Shown here: positions 1 through 12,511 of the stretch, in pieces | Layout: each line of letters opens with the position of its first letter | How positions within the stretch are numbered: the stretch's first letter is position 1 | Position numbers and translations under genes: made by a program | The notes under the pieces: model-generated | Databases searched by the model: none | What the model was told of the DNA's origin: nothing | The model's input: the letters and a program-made list of their open reading frames with translations, nothing else | DNA from: Felis catus | Lineage: Eukaryota | NCBI RefSeq assembly: GCF_018350175.1 | Contig: NC_058368.1 | Coordinates: forward strand, 135,906,001 to 135,970,000 | Direction: 5' to 3' | Length of the DNA stretch: 64,000 nt

Positions 1-574
1 CAAGAGTCAGATGCCTAACTGACTGAGCCACCCAGGCTCCCCAGTGACTTGTTGAATTTATCGAGACTCAACATGTGGCCCAGCATATGGACAGTCTTGG
101 TGAACAGACCATGTACTGCTCAACAATCTTAGGAACAGATAACTATTTACCATCATCCCATCTTTACAGTGGAGAAAAATGAGACTGCTGTAGTTTAATT
201 TCCCTCAAGGATCAATCTTATCTGGCTGCTATGTGGCAACATTGAGATTTGAACCCAAATTTCTGACACCATATTCTGAGCTCTGAACTTTCTTCTTTAC
301 ATATAAAAGGGAAGAAAAATAAAATTTAAAAACCTTATCATTCACTTGACTGCACGTAAGATCAACAAACTTATAATCATAGGTCTTCCGAAAATAATAT
401 TTACTTTGTTTCTGAGTCATGAGAATTTTCATCAAATATGTTCAACAGTGTAACCATAGTCAAAAAGACTGAGTTGTTGGGAAGGAATATTTGATTTAAA
501 ATATTATTTAATTATTTTTCATTACAATTTTTAATTAATTAAATTAAATTAAATTTAAATTAAATTTAAATTTT

Positions 575-793
575 ATTTTTTATTTTTTTTAATGTTTATT
601 TATTTCTGAGACAGAGAGAGACAGAGCATGAGTGAAGGAAGGGCAGAGAGAGAGGGAGACACAGAATCAGAAGCAGGCTCCAGGCTCTGAGCTGTCAGCA
701 CAGAGCCCGACGCGGGGCTCGAACTCACAAACCATGAGATCATGACCTGAGCCGAAGTCGGTCTCTCAACCGACTGAGCCACCCAGGCGCCCC
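575..793 (-). mobile_element. CanSINE
   Basis: Reverse complement of tRNA-like head, (CT)n and A-tail. Confidence 0.93.
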
Positions 794-1067
794 TAAATTT
801 TATTTTTAATTAAAGCTTTAATACAATTTAGGATTATATAACATGATTACACTGAGCACGGCATCATGAAACATTCAACAATCTATTTTTCTATTGAAGA
901 ATGATGCATTCAGCTTTTCAGGCTGGCTTTTCTTTCTGAACCTTTTCAACTACTACCTACTATGCACACCATTAGGAAACAGTTAAAAGAACAAAGTTTT
1001 TAGATTTTTCAGTGTTGTAAGCGTTGTTTGGGAAATTAACCTGAATGCCATACAACATTCCCAACAT

Positions 1068-1320
1068 AGGGGCGCCTGGGTGGCGCAGTCGGTTAAGCGT
1101 CCGACTTCAGCCAGGTCACGATCTCGCGGTCGCGGTCCGTGAGTTCGAGCCCCGCGTCGGGCTCTGGGCTGATGGCTCGGAGCCTGGAGCCTGTTTCCGA
1201 TTCTGTGTCTCCCTCTCTCTCTGCCCCTCCCCCGTTCATGCTCTGTCCCTCTCTGTCCCAAAAAATAAATAAAAAACGTTGAAAAAAAAAATTAAAAAAA
1301 AAAAAACAAAAAAAACAAAA
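1068..1320 (+). mobile_element. Young feline-type CanSINE
   Basis: CpG-intact body; TSD AACATTCCCAA at 1054 and 1321; private 6-bp duplication CGCGGT. Confidence 0.95.
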
Positions 1321-1689
1321 AACATTCCCAATAGACATTTAGCTTAGTATTAAATTGGACCCTATGAAATTGCCATTTTGCAGTTAAAAATGTAGATAAA
1401 ACTCACCAATTTCGTGTAGTTCAATTTAATAAATCTGGTTATTTCATCTGTGTGAGTACAGCAGTACCTAGAATGTAAGCTCCGCTAAGACAGTGATTTT
1501 CAGGTTTTGTTACTACCGTTCACATGGTAGGCCCTCAGGAAATGGTTGTGAATGAATGAATCTGGGAAGCAAATGAAATACGGCAACTAACCTTCCACCC
1601 TCACACATGCCTTTGCGTTCTGTTTAGTGTGGGAGTAAGAAAAGTAGCATTCGATGCATAAGTCTCTTCAAATGATAAAATGCTTAAAC

Positions 1690-2200
1690 ACCTAATTCAC
1701 TCAAGAGAATCGAAAATATGCCCACACAAACACTTGTACATGCATGTTCATAGCAGCATTATGATAATAGCTAAAAAGTAGAAATAAGCCAAATGTCCAT
1801 CAAATGATGAAAGTTTAAACAAAAAGTGGTATATCCATGCAATGGAATAGTATTCAGCCACAAAAAGCAATGGAGTACTGGTAGGTACCACAACACGAAT
1901 AAACCTTGAAAACATTATGCTAAGAAGCCAGACACAGAAGGCCACGTATCGTATTACCCACTCATATAAAATGTCCAGAATGGGTCATCAATAGAGACAG
2001 AAAGTAGGGTAGTGGTCGCCAGGGTCCTGGAGGCAAGAGGGAATGGGGAGTGACTGCTAAGGGACACACAAGGTTTCTGGAGTTAGAAAGTGGTGGTAAT
2101 TGTGTAACCTTCAGAATATACTAAAAACCACTGACTTGTACGCACACTTTAAAATTCAGGGTGAATTGTACGGTATGTGAAATATATTTCAAGTTTTAAA
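1690..2200 (+). mobile_element. Old L1M (L1MB/ME-like) 3' end
   Basis: atgttcatagcagcattat...aaatgtccatcaa...accactgacttgtac...gtgaattgtacggtatgtgaa motifs. Confidence 0.8.
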
Positions 2201-2805
2201 AAGTGGGGGAAAAAAACCTCTAGGTTCTTTTCTGAACATATCAAAGTACACTATAAAATAATAGATGTGTGTTTATAAATCTGAGAGTATTAGGAAATGT
2301 TCCCTTGTTTAATTATAAACTGAATGGAATGTTTGGCGATTTCAGTAATCTGACAGCGAACATTAAGAGGATTAACCTGACTTCCCCAGTGTTAACACCA
2401 CCAATTTAAGCTGCATCATTCAAAAACTACATGCTCATGCTAAAATAATTGTAGCAATAACTTCCACACACACACAAACACACACACACCCCAATTAGAG
2501 TAATTATCCATTAAGGTTGTCATCATTTCAAATACCTTATATTTATATAATGCTTTTACTTCCTTAAGTATTGAATTGTGCCTTAAGATCTAATGTATGG
2601 GAGAGTCACATCTCTAATCACTTAATTAAAGGCAGAGAAGTGGGTGAGATTGGACAAAAATTAATTAGTAATGCTGACATTCCAGATTGGAACACAAAGT
2701 GAAGCAGGAATTTAGGAAACCTGAATTCTAGCCTTCAATGTAGGTTAAATTGCAAGAACTAAAATTGCAATATTCTGGAATATAATTGAAAAATATATAT
2801 ATTGA

Positions 2806-3330
2806 TGGGCGCCTGGGTGACTCAGTTAAGGGTCTGACTTTGGTTCAGGTCACGATCTCACAGGTTCATGGAGTAAAGCCCTGCATTGGCCTCTGCAGTG
2901 GTAAGGCAGAGCCTGCTTGGGATTCTCTCTGCCACTTCCCCACTTGCAGGCTCTCTCTCTCAAAATAAATAAACTTAAATTAAAAATATATATAGATACA
3001 GATATGCTATATACATACATAAAAGGATACACAGTTTTGTGTAGACTATGAACTTTCCTAAGTGAACTCTCCTTTGGAACCAGCCTCCAGATCAAGAAAT
3101 AGAACACAGTACACAGAACTAGGGCCTTCAATTTTTTATTCTTTTTAAAATTTATTCATTTTTGAGAGAGGCAGAGACAGTGCAAGTGGGGGAGGGGCAG
3201 AGAGAAAATCCTAAGCCGGCTACCCACTGCCAGTGCAGAGCCCTATTCCAGGCTCGAACCTACTAACTGTGAGATCATGACCGAGGCCAAAGTCAGAAGC
3301 TTAAGGACTCAGCTATTCAGGCATACCCCC
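2806..3330. mobile_element. Two older CanSINEs (+ 2806-2985, - 3135-3330)
   Basis: Diverged SINE heads and tails. Confidence 0.85.
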
Positions 3331-3509
3331 CCCCTTTTTTTTAAGCTAAAAAAATATTAAAATAGTTTAAATCCCTTAGGGGGGGTGCAAAGGACCTTGA
3401 GCTGGTAATCATGTACACTACCGCATGCACTTTATTTTTACAGCAAGTTAACCAACGAGATCCTACCACACTTTGAGTAATGGTCTTTTATCTGGCTCCA
3501 GAGATTCAG

Positions 3510-3517
3510 AACCGGTT
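3510..3517. promoter_or_regulatory. Grainyhead-like (GRHL) palindrome AACCGGTT
   Basis: Perfect consensus immediately upstream of the CpG island. Confidence 0.55.
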
Positions 3518-3889
3518 CCTTAATTTACAAGTGACTTTTGCAAATCTCCCATTTCTGGCTGCTTTCCAACAAAATTTTAACCAAATTTTAGGAACAGAAA
3601 ATTGTTGGGTAAGGACATGCCTTTCGTGTCAGCGTGTGAGCACCCTGGGACCTCCTTCAGAGTAAAACAGTCCTCCTCCAGACCTCCCTCCGCCTCTCGT
3701 CGGCTGTTCTACCCCAAGCAGAGGAGCTCGGTGCGCGCCGCAGGACGGTCCAGGACCACCCCCACCTTCTGGGAGCCGGGGCCCCTCCTCTGCGCTCGGT
3801 CGCCAAAGCTGCGCTGTGCCTTTAATTGGGATCGCTGGGAGGGTGTGCGGGGAAGGGCTGGTTCCTCCCGCCTCCTTCTCCACCGCTCC

Positions 3890-4066
3890 CTTCCCCCTCC
3901 CATCCGAGTTTCAGGTGAATGGGTCACCGAGGGAGGAGACGGCCACGACACACAATTCCTCGCTGGCGTCCACCCACACCCCCGACCTGTCCTTCCCCGG
4001 CTGGAGGCCGCGGGACTCCGGGGAAAGCTAGCCAGAGCGCCCAAGAGCCCGCGCTTGGTGTAACAG
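3890..4066 (+). other. OCLN: OCLN non-coding first exon (upstream variant; 5' end approximate)
   Basis: Donor CAG|GTGAGA at 4066/4067; CATCCGAGTTTCAGGTGAAT..GGTCACCGAGGGAGGAG resembles the human OCLN 5' UTR as I recall it; TSS cannot be fixed from sequence. Confidence 0.7.
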
Positions 4067-4199
4067 GTGAGACTGGCCAGTGCGCGGCCCCAGACCTCCA
4101 GCACCGGCCAGGCGGTGGTGCGCATGCCCGGGGGCAGGACCGCAGGGGTGGGGGGGTGGGAGGAGGAGAAGAAGGAGTGGAGGAGGAGTGGAGGTGGAG

Positions 4200-4271
4200 G
4201 ACCGACAGAGTTCTTAGTCTAGTCCCAGTCTGCTGGCGGGCGGCCCGCACCTCGTCAGGTGCGCTCGCCAG
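4200..4271 (+). other. OCLN: OCLN alternative non-coding first exon (exon 1a-like; 5' end approximate)
   Basis: Near-consensus donor CAG|GTAAGC at 4271/4272 inside the CpG island; two alternative first exons are known for human OCLN. Confidence 0.7.
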
Positions 4272-5606
4272 GTAAGCGCGTTCCTTGGCTCCCGCGGTCC
4301 TTGGTGGGTCGTGCGGGGCAGCAGTGAGTAGATGGGAGTTGGGCGCGGCGCCGGGGGTCACGGTGGCCCCAGAGTCCCCCAGGGGATCGTGGCTCCGGTC
4401 TGGTAGGGGAGGCGCGGCGGGGGAGGACGCCCGGCGCCAGTTTCGGTGGCGGTTTCGCCTCTGGGCTGGGACCGGCGGAAGCCGGAGGGGCGCGGGTCCG
4501 CGGAGAGAGTAGCCCTGGGCTACTTTGGCGGCTGCCTCCCCCAGCGAAGGGCCACTTGGAGCCGCCGATCAGCTCTTTCGGCGGAAACACTTACAGCTCC
4601 TCGAGTCCAGGCGGCGCGGGCACCTTCTCGCTTTAAAGGGGGGCGGGCGGGCGGTTCCCGAACTGAGGGAGCGCAGAGCGCGGCTCCCGGGACGGAGAGC
4701 TAGGAGGTTCTCAGGGCGTGGGGCGTGCGCCCGGCTCCTAGGGGTCCTGAGTGTAGGGCTGGAGACTGGGGGTCTTGGATCCCGGCGGCGGGGAGGGACC
4801 TCATCGATTCCGCCCCGTTCACTCTTTGGGTACCGAGCGGGGAGAGGGGTGACGGGTTTAATCCGTGAAGTATTCCTAGAGCTCTGGGGTGGGCCGATCC
4901 GCTCTTTGGAATCCAGCTAGTGCGAGCGGTGCGAGCGCGCGTCGATTTAAGCCTGGGGGCGGGGATTTAATTTCGAGCGAGGCTGTACTTCGAGGGAAGC
5001 TGTTCGCGCTTGGGATCCTCACCCGTGACCCGCAGGCCGCCGCCAGGTGGGCGGACCTGCCTCCGGGCGGTCCCTGCTGACCGCTCGCTGCGCGCACCGG
5101 CCAGGGCGCAAGGACACGGACTGCCGCGGGCTTAGAGACTCCGGGGAAGGGCCGGCGCGCACGCTGCCTGCCGACATGTTCCCTGCGTCGGAGGAAGTGT
5201 GCGGGGAGAGCAGGGTTGAGGGGTCAAAATGGCCTCTGCTCCTTGGGGCTGGAGGAGCACCTCCGAGCCCCTGTGCCCCAGGTGAAGCGACTAACCTGGA
5301 GAAGCCACGGCATCCTCGGGCTGGCTGGGCACACTGCCCATTTGGGAAATGACCCGGGGCGGGGGAAGAGGCAGCCTTCCAGGTTAGTGTGTGGCCCTCA
5401 CGCACAACAGGTGTATTATTGGGATCCCTGGAAAAGGTGAAACCTTCCTTTTAAGGCACTTCTAGTGATTCCCGCTGTGATTGGAAGCTAGTTCTTTCCA
5501 GGCGGAGGTAGATTTCTCAAGCTGTCAATTCCCAGTATAACAGTGCTTCTCTGGCACGGTACAAATGAATATTTTCTCTTTCTGGTATTTTAAAATAGAC
5601 ATTGTA

Positions 5607-5828
5607 GGGGCGCCTGGGTGGCGCAGTCGGTTAAGCGTCCGACTTCAGCCAGGTCACGATCTCGCGGTGGGTGAGTTCGAGCCCTGCGTCGGGCTCTGGG
5701 CTGATGGCTCAGAGCCTGGAGCCTGTTTCCGATTCTGTGTCTCCCTCTCTCTCTGCCCCTCCCCCGTTCATGCTCTGTCTCTCTCTGTCCCCCCCAAAAA
5801 AATAAATAAACGTTGAAAAAAAAAAAAA
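5607..5828 (+). mobile_element. Young feline-type CanSINE
   Basis: TSD AGACATTGTA. Confidence 0.95.
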
Positions 5829-6087
5829 AGACATTGTAAATGGTGGAGCCACAGTAATGGCTGTCTCCTCCAAGCCGCCTTTTTGTGTAGTTCTGCATTT
5901 CTGTAGTTACCAGGTGCCTCTTTGGTTAAATGATGGAGAGGAGGATGGCGAGATTTGTGCAGCTTCCAGGCTGTTCAGGGAAATGATGGGCAGTGCCTCC
6001 TAAATGCTGGGCTAAAAAGAGTTCTGTGCTTTGTATCCTTTAATGATACTATCAACTCTGGAAGGTAAGTCTTACTAGAACTCCATT

Positions 6088-6307
6088 AAAAATTTTTTTT
6101 TTCAACGTTTTTATTTATTTTTGGGACAGAGAGAGACAGAGCATGAACGGAGGAGGGGCAGAGAGAGAGGGAGACACAGAATTGGAAACAGGCTCCAGGC
6201 TCCGAGCCATCAGCCCAGAGCCCGACGCGGGGCTCGAACTCACGGACCGTGAGATCGTGACCTGGCTGAAGTCGGACGCTTAACCGACTGTGCCACCCAG
6301 GCGCCCC
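6088..6307 (-). mobile_element. Young feline-type CanSINE
   Basis: TSD AGAACTCCATT at 6077 and 6309. Confidence 0.95.
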
Positions 6308-7500
6308 AAGAACTCCATTTTAAAGGTGAAACACCGGTAGAGGAAACATGTTGCAAAGTTTGTGGCTTGAAACCTGCTTCAACAAATCGGGGAAGGTATA
6401 CTGGACAAGCAGCAGTCCTGGATATTCCAGCACCAGAACGCTCTGGGGTTTTTCTGGAACTCTCTACCTTTGACTGGTCCCTATGGTCTCATAGAATATT
6501 TCCACATCTTGTTTGATGTGAAGATAAACTTCTTGTTTTCTTTTAAAGGTAGTGTTGGAATTACTGCCCTTTAAAAATTGAGAGATTACTTTTAACCACA
6601 CAAATTAACTGATAGAAAACCTTTCACCTGCCTAGGAGCCTGCCAGAAGGGAAGTTTTCTTCACTTGCATTTTAAGGTTTACTGGATTAGATTCCCTAGT
6701 GGGCTTTTTTCTTCCAAGTTATTATTTATGGATGTACTGAGGTAAAAAGACAATGAGGATTTTTGTTACCCTTTTTGTTTTAGCTTCTAGGCTTAGAGCT
6801 GCTGTGTGATTTAGTGCTTCCTAATCTCGAATATGGTACGAATTGCCTGGGGATCTTATTAACATAGATTCTGATTCATAGGTCAGATGTGGGGCCTGGA
6901 ATTCTGTTTTTCAGCAAGCTACAAATGATGTCCATGGTTAAGTGTTTGACCCTTTACTCTCCCTTTCCTTCAGACTGTAAACACTTAACTAATTTGGTTG
7001 AATGTGAAGGAGTCTATTTAGTGGCTGTTAGCATTGTGAACTTGAAGGCGTTCACAGCTGTATTGAAATCCCAACTCTGATATGGGTTGTTGGTTTTATA
7101 AATCAAATGTTGATTGACCATCACTTTGTACCAGGGACTGTAGGGATCTGGAAGAAGAGTGATGGTCATGATAGACATCTGGGTGCTTGTAAGGCCGGTG
7201 TTCCAGTTGAGGTGGAGATGGTGGAGATTATTTAAAAAATAACAAAGAAGAAAAAATAATAATTAGGGGGGAAATTCGCTCTGAGAATAAAATAGGCTTG
7301 GTGGGTGGAGTGAATAGCAGGGACGGAGCTTCTGAAGAGGTGACATTTGAGTTGAAAGCTGGACAGCTAGTTCCCACCATGTACAGATCTAGACATTATA
7401 GACAGGAAACTGACAAGATCAAGGCCCTCCTTGGATCGATGCCTTTAATTGAGGCAGTGATGCTCCAAATACATGGTGTGCTTAAAGATCACCTGGAAGG

Positions 7501-8420
7501 GGGGGGTGCCTGGGTGGCTCAGTCGGTTGAGCGTCCGACTTCGGCTCAGGTCATGATCTCGTGGTTTGTGAGTTCGAGCCCCACATTGCGCTCTGTGCTG
7601 ACAGCTCAGAGCCTGGAGCCTGCTTCGGATTCTGTGTCTCCCTCTCTCTCTCTGCCCCTCCCTGCTCACGCTGTGTCTCTGTCTCTAAATAATAAATAAA
7701 CGTTAAAAAAATTTTTTTTGTAATTTTTTTTTTAACGTTTATTTATTTTTGAGACAGAGAGAGACAGAGCATGAACGGGGGAGGGTCAGAGAGAGGGAGA
7801 CAGAGAGAGGGAGACACAGAATCTGAAACAGGCTCCAGGCTCTGAGCTGTCAGCACAGAGCCTGACACAGGGCTCAAACCCATGGACTGCGAAATCATGA
7901 CCTGAGCCGAAGTCGGATGCCTAACCGACTGAGCCACCCAGGCGCCCCCCCCCCAATTTTTTTTTTAAATCACCTGTAGGAGCACCTGGGTGGTTCAGTT
8001 GGTTATGTGTCTGACTTCAGCTCAGGTCATGATCTCTAGATTTCATGGATTCGAGCCTCGCATTGGGCTCTGTGCTGACAGCTTGGAGACTGCAGCCTAC
8101 TTCCGATTCTGTGTCTTTCTCTCTGCCCCTCCACATTCTCTCTCTCTCTCTCTCTCAAAAATAAATGGACGTTAAAAAAAGTATTTGTTTTTGTTTTTAA
8201 ATCATCTGGAGAGGGGTGCCTGAGTAGCTCAATTGGTTGAGTGGACGACTTGATTTCGGCTCAGGTCATGATCTCACGGTTCATGGGATGGAGCTCTGCA
8301 TTAGTGCGGAGACAGCTTGGGATTCCTTCCCACCCCCCACCCCTGCCTCGTTTCACTGTTTTCTCTCTCTTTCTCTCTCTCTCTCTTTCTCTCTCTCTTG
8401 CAAAATAAATACACTTAAAA
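7501..8420. mobile_element. Cluster of four CanSINEs (+,-,+,+)
   Basis: Heads at about 7501, 7948 (minus), 7979 and 8213. Confidence 0.93.
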
Positions 8421-9384
8421 AAATCATCTGTAGATCTTACTAAAAATGCCCCTTCTGATACAGAGCTAGTCTGTTTCAAAATATGCCTAATTTTAAAATT
8501 TTAGACAGTTTACTAATTGTATGCCAAAATATAATAATTTAATACCAGGCACAATTTTAAAAAACTTCTTAAAGGCAAATTAACTCTTGCTGCATATGAT
8601 TGAAAAGGAATAGGCTCTCCTTAAATATGATAAAGTTTATCTTTTACTTACTGACAGTTGCTTCAAAGAATTTTTCAGGGGGATAGCATTTTCAGGCTTT
8701 CTCTTCTTCCTCTTATGCTTAGGTTTCTATGAAGACAGCTTTGGCCAGTAACCATTTTCAAGGGGAGAACTTTTTAAATATTTTAACATTAATCAGCTTT
8801 ACATATTTTGTAAGAGTCGGCTGTTTGCCTTATGCTTTCGACTTTTACTCAGCTGTTTGATTTATGTCCCTATCATTCACATGGTACGGGTTCTGTGATG
8901 GTGACCGATGAGCCCCTTAGGCCAGATCCTGTGTCCTTTTCATTCATTTTGTCCTTCACTCAGCATACTTTTACTGAGCAGATGTTAATATTGTTGTGCT
9001 GGGCGTTGGGTAAACAGTCTCTTGGTCCTTTTTTTCTTTGGCTGTGGCCTTAAAGCACAGTCCCGACTGCCTTAAAGGAGACATTAGAATTCCTCCAGTC
9101 CAGTCCCCCTACAATATCAAACAACTTAAGCTTTGCATACATGGCTTGAGATCACATTGTTATTTGTTATTTTTGAAGGGTGTGTGAAGTTAGGGTAAGG
9201 GAGAGGCTTCCTAACATTGACATGGAATCTGACCCTGTGGTATCTTTTTTTCAAAGAATGGTTTCTAGGACTACAAAGACAGCTGTGCAGATATTTGAAG
9301 GCTGCTGGAGTGCTCCTTCTAATGTTGATTGGTCCAGGCCAAACATTTCCTGTTTTATCATTTGTCTTAAGACATGGTTTTTCT

Positions 9385-9604
9385 TTTTCTTTTTTTTTTT
9401 TTAAAGTTTATTTATTTTTGGGACAGAGACAGACAGAGCATGAACGGGGGAGGGGCAGAGAGAGAGGGAGACACAGAATCGGAAACAGGCTCCAGGCTCT
9501 GAGCCATCAGCCCAGAGCCCGACGCGGGGCTCGAACCCACGGACCGCGAGATCACGACCTGGCTGAAGTCGGACGCTTAACCGACTGCGCCACCCAGGCG
9601 CCCC
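9385..9604 (-). mobile_element. Young feline-type CanSINE
   Basis: TSD AAGACATGGTTTTTCT on both sides. Confidence 0.95.
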
Positions 9605-9830
9605 AAGACATGGTTTTTCTAGTTCTTTAACACTCTTAGTCACCTCCTGGAGAGGCACCTGCTTGGAACATGATGTACACATTTCAAGGTTGTGCAGAGG
9701 TTTGTTTCTTTTTCATAACTGTATCATTCCTAGATCTAAGCACTGTCTGTGCCTACTGCCAAAGTTCCGGATGGCTTGTTAACTTTGATGAAATTCTCCC
9801 CAAGGAAACACACTTCCAGAAATTGAGTCT

Positions 9831-10790
9831 AGGGGTGCTTGAGTGGCCCGACTCTTGATCTCAGCTCAGGTCATGATGTCACGGTTAATGTGTTCGAACC
9901 CCGCATCGGGCTCTGCACTGATAGTGTGGAGCCCTGCTTGGAATTCTCTCTCCCTCTCTCTCTGCCCCTACCCCACTTGTATGTGCACATGTGCTCTTTC
10001 TCTTAAAATAAATAAACCTAAAAAATTTTTTTTAATAAGATAAAAATTGAGTCTACATTTGTAAAGTGATTTATTCATGCCACTAATATTTGAAAATGGA
10101 GACAAAGTACCTAAAATGCCCAAACACTGAAATTTCTCACCTTCAGGGTAACCATCTTGCTGTGAATGGTTTTGCTCATCTTCCTTAATATATTGTCTTA
10201 ATTATAACACCCTAGAGGTCAAGTTTGTCCCCAGCCCTTTGGCATAGGGGGGTAGTAAAGTTCAAGGAAGAGAAGTAGAATTTGTCCTCTCTGATTGTGA
10301 GCTGTTAAAACCTCTAGGGGACATAAACGCTCCATTCTTCATCCTATTTAGATTCTGTTTTTCAGTCCCAGAGGCATCTGCCTGAGCGTGCTGTCTGTGC
10401 ATAGGGATGTGCTCAAGATCCTCAGGCTTCATCTACCAATCTGGCAACCTTCTCAAAAAAGTAAATGAAGTTCATATGCCATGATTTGTCCTTGATAAAC
10501 TTCCTAAAATTATTTGCTTCACAATATAAAATCTCTGGTATCAGAGGATATTTGATAACAGAACTCTGAATCCAGAAAATGGCAGTTTGGAAAGGGATTT
10601 TTGTTGTCACCGTTTCTGACAAAATGTAAACTTCAGCCTGAGCCTGGATTAATTTAGAAGTTTCAAAAACTACCATGGAGGGGGCGCCTCGCTGGCTCAG
10701 TCGGTAGAAAATGTGACTCTTGATCTCCAGGGTCCTGGCTTCACGCCCTACATTGGGCATAGAGGATACTTAAAAAAGCCAAAGCAAAAC
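9831..10790 (+). mobile_element. Two CanSINEs (9831-10030; short older type 10680-10790)
   Basis: SINE heads; TSD AAATTGAGTCTA for the first. Confidence 0.85.
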
Positions 10791-12063
10791 AAAAATCTAC
10801 CCTACCGTGGAGCCTGGAATTTTTGGCCTAGTCTTGAAGGAGTAAGCCCTGGCTATGAAAGGGGTAAGAAGGTCAGTTTGTCAGTATTTGACATTCAGTT
10901 TCACAACTAGAGTCCTACATTAAATAGTGTTTAAATTCCGTTTTTCTTAATATTATTTTTCTGAACATCCGTTAAGCCAATCTGGACTTTCACTCTCCCA
11001 TAACACTGTAACGTGCTAGTGGCCTCAATTGCCCATTTTTATGTACATTTGGGTGCTAGTCATAGGTCTGTGTATGCTTAGGATTTGTGTACCTTTTTGT
11101 ATGTGAATACTTCAGTAAAAACAGTTTTTTAAAGGAAAAACATAGCTGTGTTTGGAAAATCATGCTAATGGTGTTGGTGTTCCTAACATTCACTCTATTT
11201 CTCTTTAAGGTTTTTAGCTGATGTACGTTTGGGCATTATTTTCTTCTGAGAAATGTGGAATTGACTGTCCTTAAGGATGTGGAAGATAGTTGCCATTGAT
11301 ATTAAAGAACAAAATTTAGAGAGTTTGAATTTATTTACTTGACTAACATAATACCTTATTTGCACTTGCTTTTTTGGAAAGGAAAAACAATACTAGACCC
11401 TTGAATATACTCAGATTGTAGATCTTGCTCAAGTGACCCCTCCCACTCCCACTTCCTGCCCTCCTTCTTCGGGTCTTGGTCTTTCTTCTCTGCTTGGCCC
11501 CGTCTTGGGCTCGATCATGTTGTCAACCCTAATAACTCGATAACTGCCTGTTGTGGTTGCTTTTTTCTTTGTGTGTGACCTTCTGTAGTACTTCCACAGA
11601 CTCCCATGGTGTAGTGTAGACACTTAATAAGTACTTGTCGATTGAATGAAATTGCCTCTCAGGTATGTAGGGATTGTGCTCTGAGGAATTTTAGAACAAA
11701 ATCATACTGCTTTTCTCGTAGGGCAGAAGACTCTTTAATATAACACATAATTAATGTTTCCCCCCTTTCTGTAAACATTATGCACACTTTTGAAGACTTG
11801 GAAAATGAAAAGGAAAAAGTGTCCACAATCCTACCATCCATAGATGTATTGTGTAATAATTGGTAGTGATAAAGGCATACTTTTAAACCAGATTACGTTT
11901 CAACATTGAGGGACTAGTATGTGCTAGACGCAGCTCTGTATCCACTTTCCTATGCATTCTCTTCTGATATGGCCTTTCAAAAGTAATATGAAACAATAAG
12001 TTTTAAGAAGTTTTCTTTTTTTATGTTTCTTGTTCTTGGAAGGGACTGTTTTGAAAATTACCA

Positions 12064-12444
12064 ATTTTTTTTTCTTTCTATAATTTATTTTATAATTTAC
12101 ATCCATGTTAGTTAGCATATAGTGCAACAATTTCAGGAGTCGATTCCTGAATGCCCCTTACCCATTTAGCCCATCCCTCCTCCCACAACCCCTCCAGTAA
12201 CCCTCTGTTCTCCATATTTAAGAGTCTCTTATGTTTTGTCCCCCTCCTTGTTTTTGTATTATTTTTGCTTTTCATCCCTTAGGTTCATCTGTTTTGTATC
12301 TTAAAGTCCTCATATGAGTGAAGTCATATGATACTTGTCTTTCTCCAATTTCGCTTAGCATAATACCCTCCAATTCCATCCATGTAGTTGCAAATGGCAA
12401 GATTTCATTCTTTTTAATTGCCGAGTAATACTACATTCTGTGTG

Positions 12445-12511
<67 letters not shown>

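Larger units (their letters stand above)
3620..5410. promoter_or_regulatory. OCLN: CpG island / OCLN promoter and first-exon region
   Basis: Abrupt switch to GC- and CpG-rich sequence with GC boxes (GGGCGG), flanked by AT-rich CpG-poor DNA; contains two splice donors leading to the OCLN ATG exon. Confidence 0.93.

Noticed and set aside
1068..1160. tRNA-like A/B boxes
   Set aside because: Heads of tRNA-derived SINEs, not tRNA genes
3602..5440. Overlapping 70-150 aa ORFs on both strands
   Set aside because: Expected from stop-codon scarcity in a CpG island; low-complexity R/G/P/A peptides
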